Source: an uncultured Planctomycetales bacterium
GTDB lineage: Bacteria > Omnitrophota > Gorgyraeia > Zapsychrales > JAHFFX01
Direction: 5' to 3'
Assembly: GCA_964612665.1 (NCBI GenBank)
Contig: CAZTCI010000006.1
Span: forward strand, 77,750 to 141,749
Length of the DNA stretch: 64,000 nt
The translations under genes were made by a program, and so were the position numbers. How positions within the stretch are numbered: the first letter of the stretch is position 1; the number at the start of each line of letters is the position of its first letter. Below, piece after piece: positions 53,459 to 62,800 of the stretch. Under the pieces are notes generated by a model. The model did no database searches. It was not told where the DNA came from and saw nothing but the letters and a program-made list of their open reading frames with translations.

Positions 53459-56400
53459 ATCTATCTGAGATTTCGATTCGCCGGCCAGTCTTTGCCTGGA
53501 TGCTCATGTTTGGTTTAATTGTCTTTGGCGGCATTTCTTTTATGCGCATGGGCATCAGTCAGCTTCCCGACGTGGATTATCCGGTTGTCTCGGTTAATAT
53601 CCGCTTGGAAGGTGCAGCGCCGGAGGTCATTGAAACTTCCGTAGTCGACATTATTGAAGATGCAGTCATGAGCATCCAGAGTATCCGCAGTGTCACCTCT
53701 GAATCTGAAGACAGCGAAGGAACAGTGACAATTGAATTTGACCTCAATCGTAATATCGATCTTGCCGTCCAGGACGTTCAGGCTAAAGTTGATTCTGTCT
53801 TGCAGAGATTACCTAAACAAATCACGGCGCCAACCATTCGTAAATCTAATCCTGAAGACCAACCCATTATGCTGTTGACATTAGAAAGCGATAAATATCC
53901 TCTCAAAGATTTGATGTCTTATACAAATGACCGGATCAAGGATCAATTCTCGACGGTGGCGGGAGTCGGTGATATTTCTTTAGGCGGTTACCGCGATCCT
54001 AATTTGCGTATTTGGGTTAATGAAAAAGCGTTGAATTCTTACGCGCTTTCAGTCAATGACATCATCAACACGATTCAAAATGAACACCTGGAAAGCCCCG
54101 CAGGCCAATTGCAGGACGGCAACCGGCAATTGAATGTTCGAACGATGGGTGAAGCCAAGAGCCTCGAGGAGTTTGGAAACTTAATTATTAATCAACGCGG
54201 CGGCCAACCCAATTATATTCCGATTCATCTCAATCAAGTTGCACGTATCGAAGACGGAATGGCGGACACTTTTAGGATTAGCCGTGCTATGGGTACACCA
54301 GGTGTTGCGTTAAATATTCTCAAACAGCGCGGGTCAAATGCCGTCGAGGTAGCGAAAGCTGTCCGTGCCAAAGTGGCGGAAGTCCAAAAGGGTTTGCCGG
54401 ATGGCATGAAGTTGAATGTAAATTTTGACAGTACACGCTACATTGAACAAGCGGTGCGGGAATTAAATTTCACTTTGTTGTTTTCGGCGCTCTTGACCGG
54501 GTTGGTTTGCTGGATGTTTTTGGGTTCTTGGACATCCACTCTAAATGTTCTGCTGTCGATCCCAACTTCTGTCGTCGGAACTTTTGTCGTACTTTACTTT
54601 GCTGGGTTCACTTTAAACACTTTTACCTTGCTGGGGTTAAGTCTTTCCATTGGAATTGTCGTCGATGATGCGATTATGGTCTTGGAAAATATTATCCGCC
54701 ATCAGGAAAAAGGAAAAAGCAGAATTCTAGCAGCTTTGAGTGGGTCGAAAGAAATCACCTTTGCCGCGATGGCCGCTACTGTTTCCGTCGTGGCTATTTT
54801 TTTGCCGGTGGCTTTCATGAGCGGCGTGATTGGAAAATTTTTCTTTCAGTTTGGCGTGACCATAACGGTGGCTGTCTTATTATCTCTTCTCGAAGCGCTG
54901 ACTTTAACACCCATGCGCTGTTCGCAGTTTGTCGATATTGGAAAACGAACGACGCGGTTTGGTCAAGGCATTGAATGGCTAATGAATAAGACGAGAGATT
55001 TGTATGCTCATTCACTTAAGATTGCTTTAAACAATCGGCTGGCCGTCACCATCATAGCGTTTATCATTTTTGCGTTGAGTTTTTCAGCGCTTTTATTTAT
55101 TAACAAAGAATTTATTCCCTCGGAAGATCAGAGCCGGTTTAATGTGCGGCTGAAAACTCCCGTCGGTTCAGCGCTGTCTTATTCTGATTTGAAATTTAGA
55201 GAGGTTGAAAAATTCCTCGCAAAACGGCCGGAGGTTGAACGTTACGTCTTGCAAGTCGGCGGAGGTTCTCCGGGGGATTCTAACAGCGGTTCCGTATTGG
55301 TGACGATGAAGGGACGAGGCCAGCGCGACATTGATCCCAAGGTTGGTCATGAATTGAGTCAACAGGAATTTATGAGCATATGCCGCAAACAGTTCAATAA
55401 AATTCCCGACGTGCACGCGGTCATTCAAGACCTTTCAACAAAGGCCTTTACAGCTTCGCGCGGTTTCCCCATCGAATTTACAATCCAAGGTCCGGATTGG
55501 GACAAGCTGGCGGATTATTCTAAACAAATGGTCAATGAATTGGGAAAGACAGACTTGGTTACCGACTTAGATACCAATTATGCTTTGGGACAACCTGAAT
55601 TTCATATCGTGCCTGATCGTAAAAAGGCGGCCGAACACGAGGTCAACATTGCCAGTATTTCTCAAGTCGTTGAGGCGATGATTGGCGGCGTTCTCGTCGG
55701 TACTTATGAGAAAGGCGGACATCGTTATGATATCCGTTTAAAGTTAGAGGAAAGTAACGAAGACCCGCGTACAAAGGTAAATAGCCTTTTTATTCGCAAT
55801 AACCGCGGCGAATTGACGCCCCTTTCCAATCTGGTCACGATGGAAGAAAAAGAATCAATGGTGTCAATTTGGCGCAGCAACAGGGAAAGATCAATCACCG
55901 TCTATGCGAATGTGAAGACGGGAGAATCTCAGCAAAAAGCTTTGCTGGCAGCGCAGAATATTGCCAGGAGTATTTTACCGCCGGAGTATCACATTAAATT
56001 GACCGGAAGTTCGCAAACTTTTGCCGAATCGCTTCAAAGCCTGGTTTGGGTTCTGTTATTGGGTATTGTGGTTGCTTACATGGTGTTGGCTTCGCAGTTT
56101 AATAGTTTCATTGATCCTCTTTCCGTCTTGATGGCGCTTCCTTTCAGCATCTCCGGCGCGCTTATGGCTCTTTTTATCACTCATCGATCTATCAATATTT
56201 ATAGTGTCATTGGGGCGATTCTTCTTATGGGAATTGTCAAAAAGAATTCAATTTTGCTGGTTGATTTTACAAACCAGATCAGAGAAAGAGGCGAAGCGTC
56301 CGTACATAAAGCCCTTTTAACAGCCTGTCCAATTCGGTTGCGGCCTATTCTGATGACGTCGGTCGCCACGATTGCCGGTGCCATTCCCGCTGCGCTGGCT

Positions 56401-56583
56401 TTTGGTCCGGGAGCGGAGAGCCGCAGCCCTATGGCCATCGCTGTCATTGGCGGTGTTGTTTTCTCGACGGGGTTAACGCTTTATGTCGTTCCTTGTTTTT
56501 ACAGTCTCATGTCACGTTTCGAAGGAAAGAAAGAATATCAGAAATTGCTGACAGACACTTTGAAAGATGATAAAAAGATTTAG
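53455..56583 (+). CDS. RND-family efflux transporter (AcrB/HAE1-like), 12 TM
   Basis: 1042 aa. 'MNLSEISIRRPVFAWMLMFGLIVFGGISF' is the typical RND N-terminus, with large periplasmic loops and 'GIVVDDAIMVLENI'. Confidence 0.85.
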   Translation: MNLSEISIRRPVFAWMLMFGLIVFGGISFMRMGISQLPDVDYPVVSVNIRLEGAAPEVIETSVVDIIEDAVMSIQSIRSVTSESEDSEGTVTIEFDLNRNIDLAVQDVQAKVDSVLQRLPKQITAPTIRKSNPEDQPIMLLTLESDKYPLKDLMSYTNDRIKDQFSTVAGVGDISLGGYRDPNLRIWVNEKALNSYALSVNDIINTIQNEHLESPAGQLQDGNRQLNVRTMGEAKSLEEFGNLIINQRGGQPNYIPIHLNQVARIEDGMADTFRISRAMGTPGVALNILKQRGSNAVEVAKAVRAKVAEVQKGLPDGMKLNVNFDSTRYIEQAVRELNFTLLFSALLTGLVCWMFLGSWTSTLNVLLSIPTSVVGTFVVLYFAGFTLNTFTLLGLSLSIGIVVDDAIMVLENIIRHQEKGKSRILAALSGSKEITFAAMAATVSVVAIFLPVAFMSGVIGKFFFQFGVTITVAVLLSLLEALTLTPMRCSQFVDIGKRTTRFGQGIEWLMNKTRDLYAHSLKIALNNRLAVTIIAFIIFALSFSALLFINKEFIPSEDQSRFNVRLKTPVGSALSYSDLKFREVEKFLAKRPEVERYVLQVGGGSPGDSNSGSVLVTMKGRGQRDIDPKVGHELSQQEFMSICRKQFNKIPDVHAVIQDLSTKAFTASRGFPIEFTIQGPDWDKLADYSKQMVNELGKTDLVTDLDTNYALGQPEFHIVPDRKKAAEHEVNIASISQVVEAMIGGVLVGTYEKGGHRYDIRLKLEESNEDPRTKVNSLFIRNNRGELTPLSNLVTMEEKESMVSIWRSNRERSITVYANVKTGESQQKALLAAQNIARSILPPEYHIKLTGSSQTFAESLQSLVWVLLLGIVVAYMVLASQFNSFIDPLSVLMALPFSISGALMALFITHRSINIYSVIGAILLMGIVKKNSILLVDFTNQIRERGEASVHKALLTACPIRLRPILMTSVATIAGAIPAALAFGPGAESRSPMAIAVIGGVVFSTGLTLYVVPCFYSLMSRFEGKKEYQKLLTDTLKDDKKI

Positions 56584-56584
56584 T

Positions 56585-57580
56585 ATGTTTCCCTCAAGAA
56601 TAAGTAAAATGTTTCTTATCTGTATTTCTTTAATAGCCCTTATTTGTCCATCGGGTTGGGCGAATGTTGAACATGTTGTTTTAATCAGCTTTGATGGGCT
56701 AAGGCCGGATGCGATTAGTCAATTTGAAAATAAATTGCCGCATTTTCGACAGCTCATCCAAGAGGGTGTATCCACTTTTAATGCGCGCACGGATGTTGAT
56801 TTTACGGTGACGCTTCCAAATCATACCTGCATGTTAACCAGCCGTGGGGTGGCAGGAGCGGCTGGTCATGGTGTCACTCTTAATATGGGGACGAAGAAAA
56901 CAGTGCATGAGCTGAAAGGCGAGTATGTTAAAAGTATTTTTGATGTCCTGCATGAGCATAAATTATCGTCGGTGATGGATGCTTCGAAACTCAAATTTAA
57001 AATTTATGCTGACTCATACCCAATTGATCGTACCCATTTGACCGACCAACAGGATTCAGCAACAATGGCATACGCGCTTAAAGATTTAAAGGAAGACCAG
57101 CTGCCCACTTTTTTATTTATTCACTTTTCGAATCCTGATTTTACCGGCCACCATCGCGGATGGAGCGTTGATGCCGCTTCCAGCTATATAAAAGCTGTTT
57201 TTAAATTGGATGATTATTTAGGACAAATCATGGCGGCTATCCGCACCTTTAATGAAAAAGGGAAGTCGATAGTTTTAATTGTGACCTCGGATCACGGCGG
57301 GACAGGCCTAAATCATGATGATCCTAAAGACAAACGAAACTACACAATCCCATTTTTGGTTTGGGGAACGAATGTGGCTCACGGGCAGGATTTGTATGAA
57401 CTCAATAAAAATCAGCGTTTTAATCCGGGAGAAAGGCAAATCGCTTACAAAGAATCACAGCAGCCAATACGCAATGGCGAGGCTGCGAACCTTGCTTTAC
57501 ATCTTTTAGGTTTACCCTGTGTCCCGCAATCGACCATCGGCTGCGCTCCGGGTTTGATTGTAGAAGATTTAAGAAAATAA
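56585..57580 (+). CDS. Secreted alkaline-phosphatase-superfamily (nucleotide pyrophosphatase/phosphodiesterase type I-like) enzyme
   Basis: Signal peptide. 'VVLISFDGLRPDAI' and 'VTSDHGG' are AlkP-core metal-binding motifs. Confidence 0.6.
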   Translation: MFPSRISKMFLICISLIALICPSGWANVEHVVLISFDGLRPDAISQFENKLPHFRQLIQEGVSTFNARTDVDFTVTLPNHTCMLTSRGVAGAAGHGVTLNMGTKKTVHELKGEYVKSIFDVLHEHKLSSVMDASKLKFKIYADSYPIDRTHLTDQQDSATMAYALKDLKEDQLPTFLFIHFSNPDFTGHHRGWSVDAASSYIKAVFKLDDYLGQIMAAIRTFNEKGKSIVLIVTSDHGGTGLNHDDPKDKRNYTIPFLVWGTNVAHGQDLYELNKNQRFNPGERQIAYKESQQPIRNGEAANLALHLLGLPCVPQSTIGCAPGLIVEDLRK

Positions 57581-57759
57581 TTTCTAAGTTAATCTCCGAC
57601 GAGCTTATTTAAATTCACAAAAGTAAATAAAACGGGAAAGTAAATGTCAACGCAGTTGCTGTATAGCATAGACGAGGCCTTTCCCTTTTTCATATAAAGC
57701 CCATCATTGCAAATTGTTTAAACAGCGGATCAAGAATTTAGATTAAATCGGAGGTTGAA

Positions 57760-58194
57760 ATGTCAAATGTGCGTGAAATCCTCGGTAAAAAAGGAAATAC
57801 AATTTTGTCGGTAACTTCGCATGATACGGTTTACGATGCGCTTAAACTGATGGGCGAGAAAAACGTAGGCGCTGTACTGGTTATGGATGGAGGAAAGATT
57901 GCTGGAATTTTTTCCGAGAGAGATTTTGCGCGGTATTCCATTAAAGAGCATTTGCCGCTAGATAAAACGCCCATCAAAAATCTCATGACCAGCCGTATTC
58001 TGTTCGTCGATCCTTCGCAAACGACAGAAGCATGTATGACACTCATGAGCACCAAACGCATCCGTCATCTTCCCGTTATTGAAGGTGACAAAGTTATTGG
58101 TGTGATTAGCATTGGCGATGTAGTCAGCAAAATTATCGAAGATTATAAATTTTCAATCAATCAGTTAGAGAAGTATGTGACTGGAGAATATTGA
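57760..58194 (+). CDS. CBS-domain pair protein
   Basis: Two CBS motifs ('VGAVLVMDGGKIAGIFSERD', 'IRHLPVIEGDKVIGVISIGD'). Confidence 0.7.
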   Translation: MSNVREILGKKGNTILSVTSHDTVYDALKLMGEKNVGAVLVMDGGKIAGIFSERDFARYSIKEHLPLDKTPIKNLMTSRILFVDPSQTTEACMTLMSTKRIRHLPVIEGDKVIGVISIGDVVSKIIEDYKFSINQLEKYVTGEY

Positions 58195-58296
58195 AGTTGG
58201 CCACAATTTTTGATGGAAAAGACAGGACCCCGCTTACATACAACCAGTAAAACTGTTTACCTAAATTCGATCAAGAGATCTATAAAAGAGGAGAAC

Positions 58297-58623
58297 ATGA
58301 TGTCGCTGATTAAAGAATTTCAAGAATTTGCCGTTAAAGGAAACGCCGTCGATATGGCAGTTGGTATTGTTATTGGGGCGGCTTTTGGTAACGTTGTCAA
58401 TTCCATTGTCAGTGATATTATCATGCCGCCCATTGGATATGCCATCGGAGGGGTTGATTTTGCTAATTTGGAACTGGTTTTGAAACAGGCTGTTGGCGCA
58501 GCGCCGGCGGTTTCCATTAAGTATGGACTTTTTATCAATAAACTTATCAATTTTTTGGTTGTGGCTTTTTCAATGTTCATCGTTGTTAAAGGGATGAATC
58601 ATTTAAATAAAGCCAAAAAATAG
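58297..58623 (+). CDS. mscL: Large-conductance mechanosensitive channel MscL
   Basis: 'MSLIKEFQEFAVKGNAVDMAVGIVIGAAFGNVVNSIVSDIIMPPIG' is the canonical MscL N-terminus and TM1. Confidence 0.85.
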   Translation: MMSLIKEFQEFAVKGNAVDMAVGIVIGAAFGNVVNSIVSDIIMPPIGYAIGGVDFANLELVLKQAVGAAPAVSIKYGLFINKLINFLVVAFSMFIVVKGMNHLNKAKK

Positions 58624-58633
58624 TTTCTGACAA

Positions 58634-58680
58634 AACAACCCCTTAGCAATTTGCACTCATTGCTAAGGGGTTGTTTTGTG
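58634..58680 (+). terminator. Rho-independent terminator AACAACCCCTTAGCAAT-ttgcactc-ATTGCTAAGGGGTTGTT + TTGTG
   Basis: 17-bp perfect stem immediately after the mscL stop. Confidence 0.7.
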
Positions 58681-58727
58681 AATGGGTTTGTTTTACAAAT
58701 ATTTTTCTCTATGCTATTGTTCCTGGT

Positions 58728-59621
58728 ATGAAACCTTCGCATTTCCCTCAATCAGAGCACATCCGTTCCTTAATCAAAAGGGACGGCAGTTTGAATATTC
58801 ATGGCCCTCGAAATCTGCAGGACCGGATCATGGATCTTTACCATTATTTGTTCTCCTTGTCCTGGCCAAGATTTTTTATTCATATCGTTTCTATTTATTT
58901 GTTTATTAATTTGATTTTTGGCGTTTTATATTTTTTGTTAGGCGTAAATCCCCATGACCAAACCTTAGCGGGATTAGAACGGTTTAAGGAAGATTTTTTC
59001 TTGAGTGTCGAAACTTTAACGGCGATTGATTACGGCCGCATTCAACCGTCGGGATGGTTGACTTATGTGTTAATGACGCTGCAGGCGCTGCTTGGCATTC
59101 TGACCTTGGCCACGATTACCGGTTTATTTTACGCGCGGTTTTCCAGGCCGACCGCGAAGTTAATTTTCAGCAACAAAGCGATTATTGGCAATCATAACGG
59201 TGTCTTGTGTTTTTATTTTCGGGTGGCCAACCAACGATTAAATCAAATTGCCGAGGCGCACATGGCTTTGAGCCTGTCTAAAAATGAAATCAGCCAAGAA
59301 GGCGAACACAACCGTAAATTTTATAACCTTAAACTCGAAAGAGAGTATTCACCTCTATTTGCTTTAAGCTGGACGGTGCGCCATCCTATTGATGAACACA
59401 GTCCTTTCAAAAATTTGACAGAAAAAGAGATGCAGGAATCACAAGTTGCCATCATCGCTTCTTTGACGGGAATTGACGAAACGTTTTCCCAACCAATCAT
59501 TGCCCGCCACACGTATACCCTCGAAGATGTTGTCTACCATAAACATTTTAAAGACATCATTCATTGGCATGAAAGACGCGTCACCATTGATCTTAAAGGG
59601 ATCCATGAGGTGTATGAATAG
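58728..59621 (+). CDS. Kir-like (KirBac-type) inward-rectifier potassium channel with an atypical filter
   Basis: 'LYHYLFSLSWPRFF' slide helix/TM1, pore 'ETLTAIDYGRIQPSG', 'ITGLFYARFSRPTAKLIFS' and a C-terminal Ig-like domain. The filter reads AIDYG instead of TIGYG. Confidence 0.6.
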   Translation: MKPSHFPQSEHIRSLIKRDGSLNIHGPRNLQDRIMDLYHYLFSLSWPRFFIHIVSIYLFINLIFGVLYFLLGVNPHDQTLAGLERFKEDFFLSVETLTAIDYGRIQPSGWLTYVLMTLQALLGILTLATITGLFYARFSRPTAKLIFSNKAIIGNHNGVLCFYFRVANQRLNQIAEAHMALSLSKNEISQEGEHNRKFYNLKLEREYSPLFALSWTVRHPIDEHSPFKNLTEKEMQESQVAIIASLTGIDETFSQPIIARHTYTLEDVVYHKHFKDIIHWHERRVTIDLKGIHEVYE

Positions 59622-59877
59622 AATTTAATTGATTACAGTACTGGTCGATTCGTTCGATCAGGGATTTTTATTTGGACAATTTTTTTAGAATTTCTAAGAA
59701 ATTCAAATGACAAAAGACTGAATCATGTTGATTTTCTATAAAACATGGATGAGTTCGATATAACCAATCTTTCCATTTATATCGAACTCAGGTTAATTAG
59801 ATTAAACAATAGAAGCAAGCCTGGTTGTTGCCGGCCTTATTTTTTAATTCTTAGGAATATTAATTTTTAATTTTCCA

Positions 59878-62800
59878 CTATTGAACTTTAACCGTATTTC
59901 CTGTCAAAGCATTGTTGTTTTCATTGCTCTCGGTCAATGCATTGTTGTAATCTGCAATAGCCCCTAGATAGTAAGTACCGGCGCTGAGCGTACTGGGAAT
60001 CGTCACCGTTGTTGTCGCGGTGTTAACCGCGCCCGCCGCCAGAGAACTCACCGTCCGTGATCCCAGTAGAGTATCGGAGGTTGTAATCGTCGTGTCGCTG
60101 GAAAGGTAATAACGGATTGTAAAATTTCCAGCGTCACTGCCTCCTTGATTCTTGACCGTATTAGCGAGACTGATCGCTGTTCCTTTTGTCGCGCTAGTCG
60201 GACCTGAGAGAGACGTCATAACTAGATCAGGAAAATCAACACGGATTGTTGTTGCGCTGCAAGAGGAATTATTTTGTTCATTGAATTCCGTAACAACAGA
60301 ACCACTATCCGCCATCGCGCAGACGTAATAATTTCCGACGGGAGTCGTGGCCGGAATGGCGAGCGACGTCGTGTCGGTATTTATCGCGCCACCGTTTAAG
60401 GAGCTGATGGACCGCGTGGTTGCCAGAGGAATGTCGTCGGTCCCACCATATGCGATGTCGCGGGAAAGATGAAAACTAACGACGAACGGTCCGGTGGCTG
60501 TCACTCCTAGATTAAAGATTGAGTTCGTCGTCGGTAAATTTGAGCCAGGCACAGTTGTTTTCGCACTTACAGAAACGGATGGCAAGAGATCCGGAAGATT
60601 TGTCAGCGTGATTTGTACACTGGCGGTACTAGAGAGAACTCCATCCGAAACCGTCAGTGTCACAGGATAAATGCCATATTTTGTGAAGGTATGGGTGACG
60701 TAGATACCAGAGGCAGATGCAGATCCATCGCCGAAATTCCAGATATAGGTTAATGGATCTCCATCGGGATCACTGCTCCCTGATCCGGAAAAACCCATTG
60801 TGAAAGGAAATATGGCTGGAAGTGTTATGGGTAAATATCCTAAGTTTGTCTTGGCAATTGGCGGATGATTAATATGATTCACGGTGATTGTCACTGAGTC
60901 TGTTGCGCTCGCCGACCCGTTTGAGACGGTCAAAACAAAAGTCAGATTGGTTGTTGCTGTTACTTGGGGTGCGATGAAGTTTGGATTTGCCGTCGAAGCA
61001 TTCATCAGCTGGACAACAGGCTCTCCTAATTGGGCCCAGGAATAAGTCAACCAAACCCCGTTGGGATCGGTGCTGCCAGAACCATCGAGAATCACCCAAT
61101 CACCTTGGTTCACAGTTTGATCCGGCCCTGCGTTAGCAATGGGGGGGACTGTTTGCTTAGTAATGACGGTAATTAAAACCGATTGTGTTTTGGTCTCGAT
61201 CCCATTACTCGCTTTGAAAGTCACTGTATATTGCCCTGGAGCTGGTCCAGCTGGTGAATATCTGGGAGACCATCCAAACAATGAAGAGTTCCAGCCTGCA
61301 CCCGAAGCGACAGGAACAAAATAAGCAAAGAAGGGCAGATAACCTCCATCGATAGATATATTAATATTATGTCCTTGCCGATCTACCGCCATGACAGGAA
61401 AAACGGTACTGGTGTCTTCGACGATAGTCATGGTGGGCGCAAGAGCTATAAATTTAAAATTTTCAGTTGGACTAAAAACCACAACAGTGGGAACAATAGC
61501 GCTTTCGGTTTGGCCGTCGCTGGCGATAATGCGGATATTGCGGTAAACTCCCGCCTGGCCAGATTGAGGCGTCCAGGTTAATTTTTTTGTTGTTGGATCA
61601 AAGACCGCGCCCGGCGGTAAATTCTCTGCGCGGAAGGTGATGGGCTGGTTCTCCGGATCAGTAGCCGTCAAGGACACGCTTAATAATTGCCCTTCCGTCG
61701 TTGTTTGAAGTGCAACAGGATTGACAATAGGGGCTTGATTCTTTTTGACACTGCGAATTTTATTATAATAATTATTTCTCTGCGCATTGAAATATTTTGT
61801 GCCCCAGTCGACGCGGTTGGAATCATAAGGAACGTTTAAATCCCAAACATTGATCTCTCCTGTTCCCGAAAGATTATTGGAGTCAGCAATCAGTTCGGTT
61901 GTTCCATTATGATCAATATCCGCTATGCTTAAGGATGCTATTGTCTGTGCTGAACCAGCAATCTTGGGCCAACCCGCTATAGCGCTTCCATCAAAATTCC
62001 AAGCCATGACACTGTTACCAACTGCACCAATAATATCTTTTTTACCGTCACCATTGACGTCTGCTATTCTGACTTCAGATGGCCACGAGGGAGATAGTGA
62101 TTTCGGCCATCCGGCGGCGACCTGCCCATTATACCGATAAACGGATAATTGACTATAGTATGAACTGACGATTTCTAAATAACCATCATCATCTATATCT
62201 CCGATAACCGGATTAAATTGTGATGCGTTTGTCACAGGCCATCCGGGGAATAAGCGGCCGTCATTTCTAAAGACATAAATGGACCCTCCACTGTAATCAG
62301 TATTGAAAACGCCGCCTATGATAATTTCATTATTACCATCTCCATCTAAATCCGCAATGATAGGAGCGTTGGTGTAATAAATTCCACGGATAAATTGAGG
62401 CCACCCCGCCATTTCCTCTCCGTTATATTTTAGAACGTGAAGGAGGATGCCATCACTAAACCAAGTTGTGACAACGATCTCCAAATCTCCGTTATGGTCA
62501 AGATCTCCGACGGCAACATTTGCCATTACCGATGGAGAATCGATATCTTTATCAAGGGTGTATTTATATTTCATAGTGGGGAAAACATGGGGCCATCCTG
62601 ATGGCATGGAAGCATCCGGATTAAAAACGTATAATTTATAATCAACTAGAGGATTAGTAGGGTTGACGGGGCCTCCATAAAGCGGTTTATAAGATGGAAC
62701 AATTGTTTTTAGAATACCATCGTGATTTAAATCCGCAATAGCGGGGGATGATATGCCCCCTTCAGGAATATTGATTGGCCAGTTTTTCAGCGGAGTTCCA

